DNA of 62,975 bases, filler included, from Octopus bimaculoides (taxonomy: Eukaryota): assembly GCF_001194135.2 (NCBI RefSeq). It is 6 parts of 5 records of this genome, joined end to end, with 100 filler letters (N's around TTAATTAATTAA, not from the genome) between each part and the next. Parts side by side here need not be neighbours in the genome. Positions count along the whole stretch, not along the records: positions 61,781 to 62,975 come from NW_026321546.1; 5 more parts are not named here. One strand, given 5' to 3'. The notes below the pieces were generated by a model. It saw only the letters and a program-made list of their open reading frames with translations, searched no databases and was not told where the DNA came from. Shown here one piece after another: positions 62,914-62,975 of the stretch. Positions within the stretch are counted from its first letter, which is position 1; every line of letters starts with the position of its first letter. The position numbers and the translations under genes are program-made.

Positions 62914-62975
62914 TATGTTGTGTAACAAATAATATATTCCTCTATACACAATCATACAAAAAAACCCACCTTTTT

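Overview
AT-rich, microsatellite-dense animal genomic DNA. The SINE, LINE and MITE families resemble those I recall from octopod cephalopods (Octopus); this is an inference, not a database result. The window is not one continuous locus: five 100-bp artificial spacers (44 N + TTAATTAATTAA + 44 N) join six pieces: 1-26599, 26700-48301, 48402-50760, 50861-52190, 52291-61680 and 61781-62975. The only host coding sequence I can support is three internal, phase-compatible exons of nucleoporin NUP205 on the + strand (33718-33849, 41189-41339, 44928-45112). The rest is largely transposon debris and simple repeats: a young piggyBac with two nonsense codons and a related TTAA MITE, an internally deleted Mag-like Gypsy element with both LTRs plus a second fragment, R4/Dong-like RLE LINEs, RTE and CR1-like LINE fragments, mariner and hAT remnants, and several SINE families. 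Almost all ORFs in the supplied track are microsatellite or N-run artefacts. The best novelty candidates are a dispersed ~200-bp repeat carrying a minimal hammerhead-ribozyme-like fold with a non-canonical core (3 copies), an RTE LINE ending in three tandem C2H2 zinc fingers, a 750-bp nested foldback in a NUP205 intron, and a tandem array of tRNA-like units next to a NUP205 exon. None is proven; all need the checks listed.
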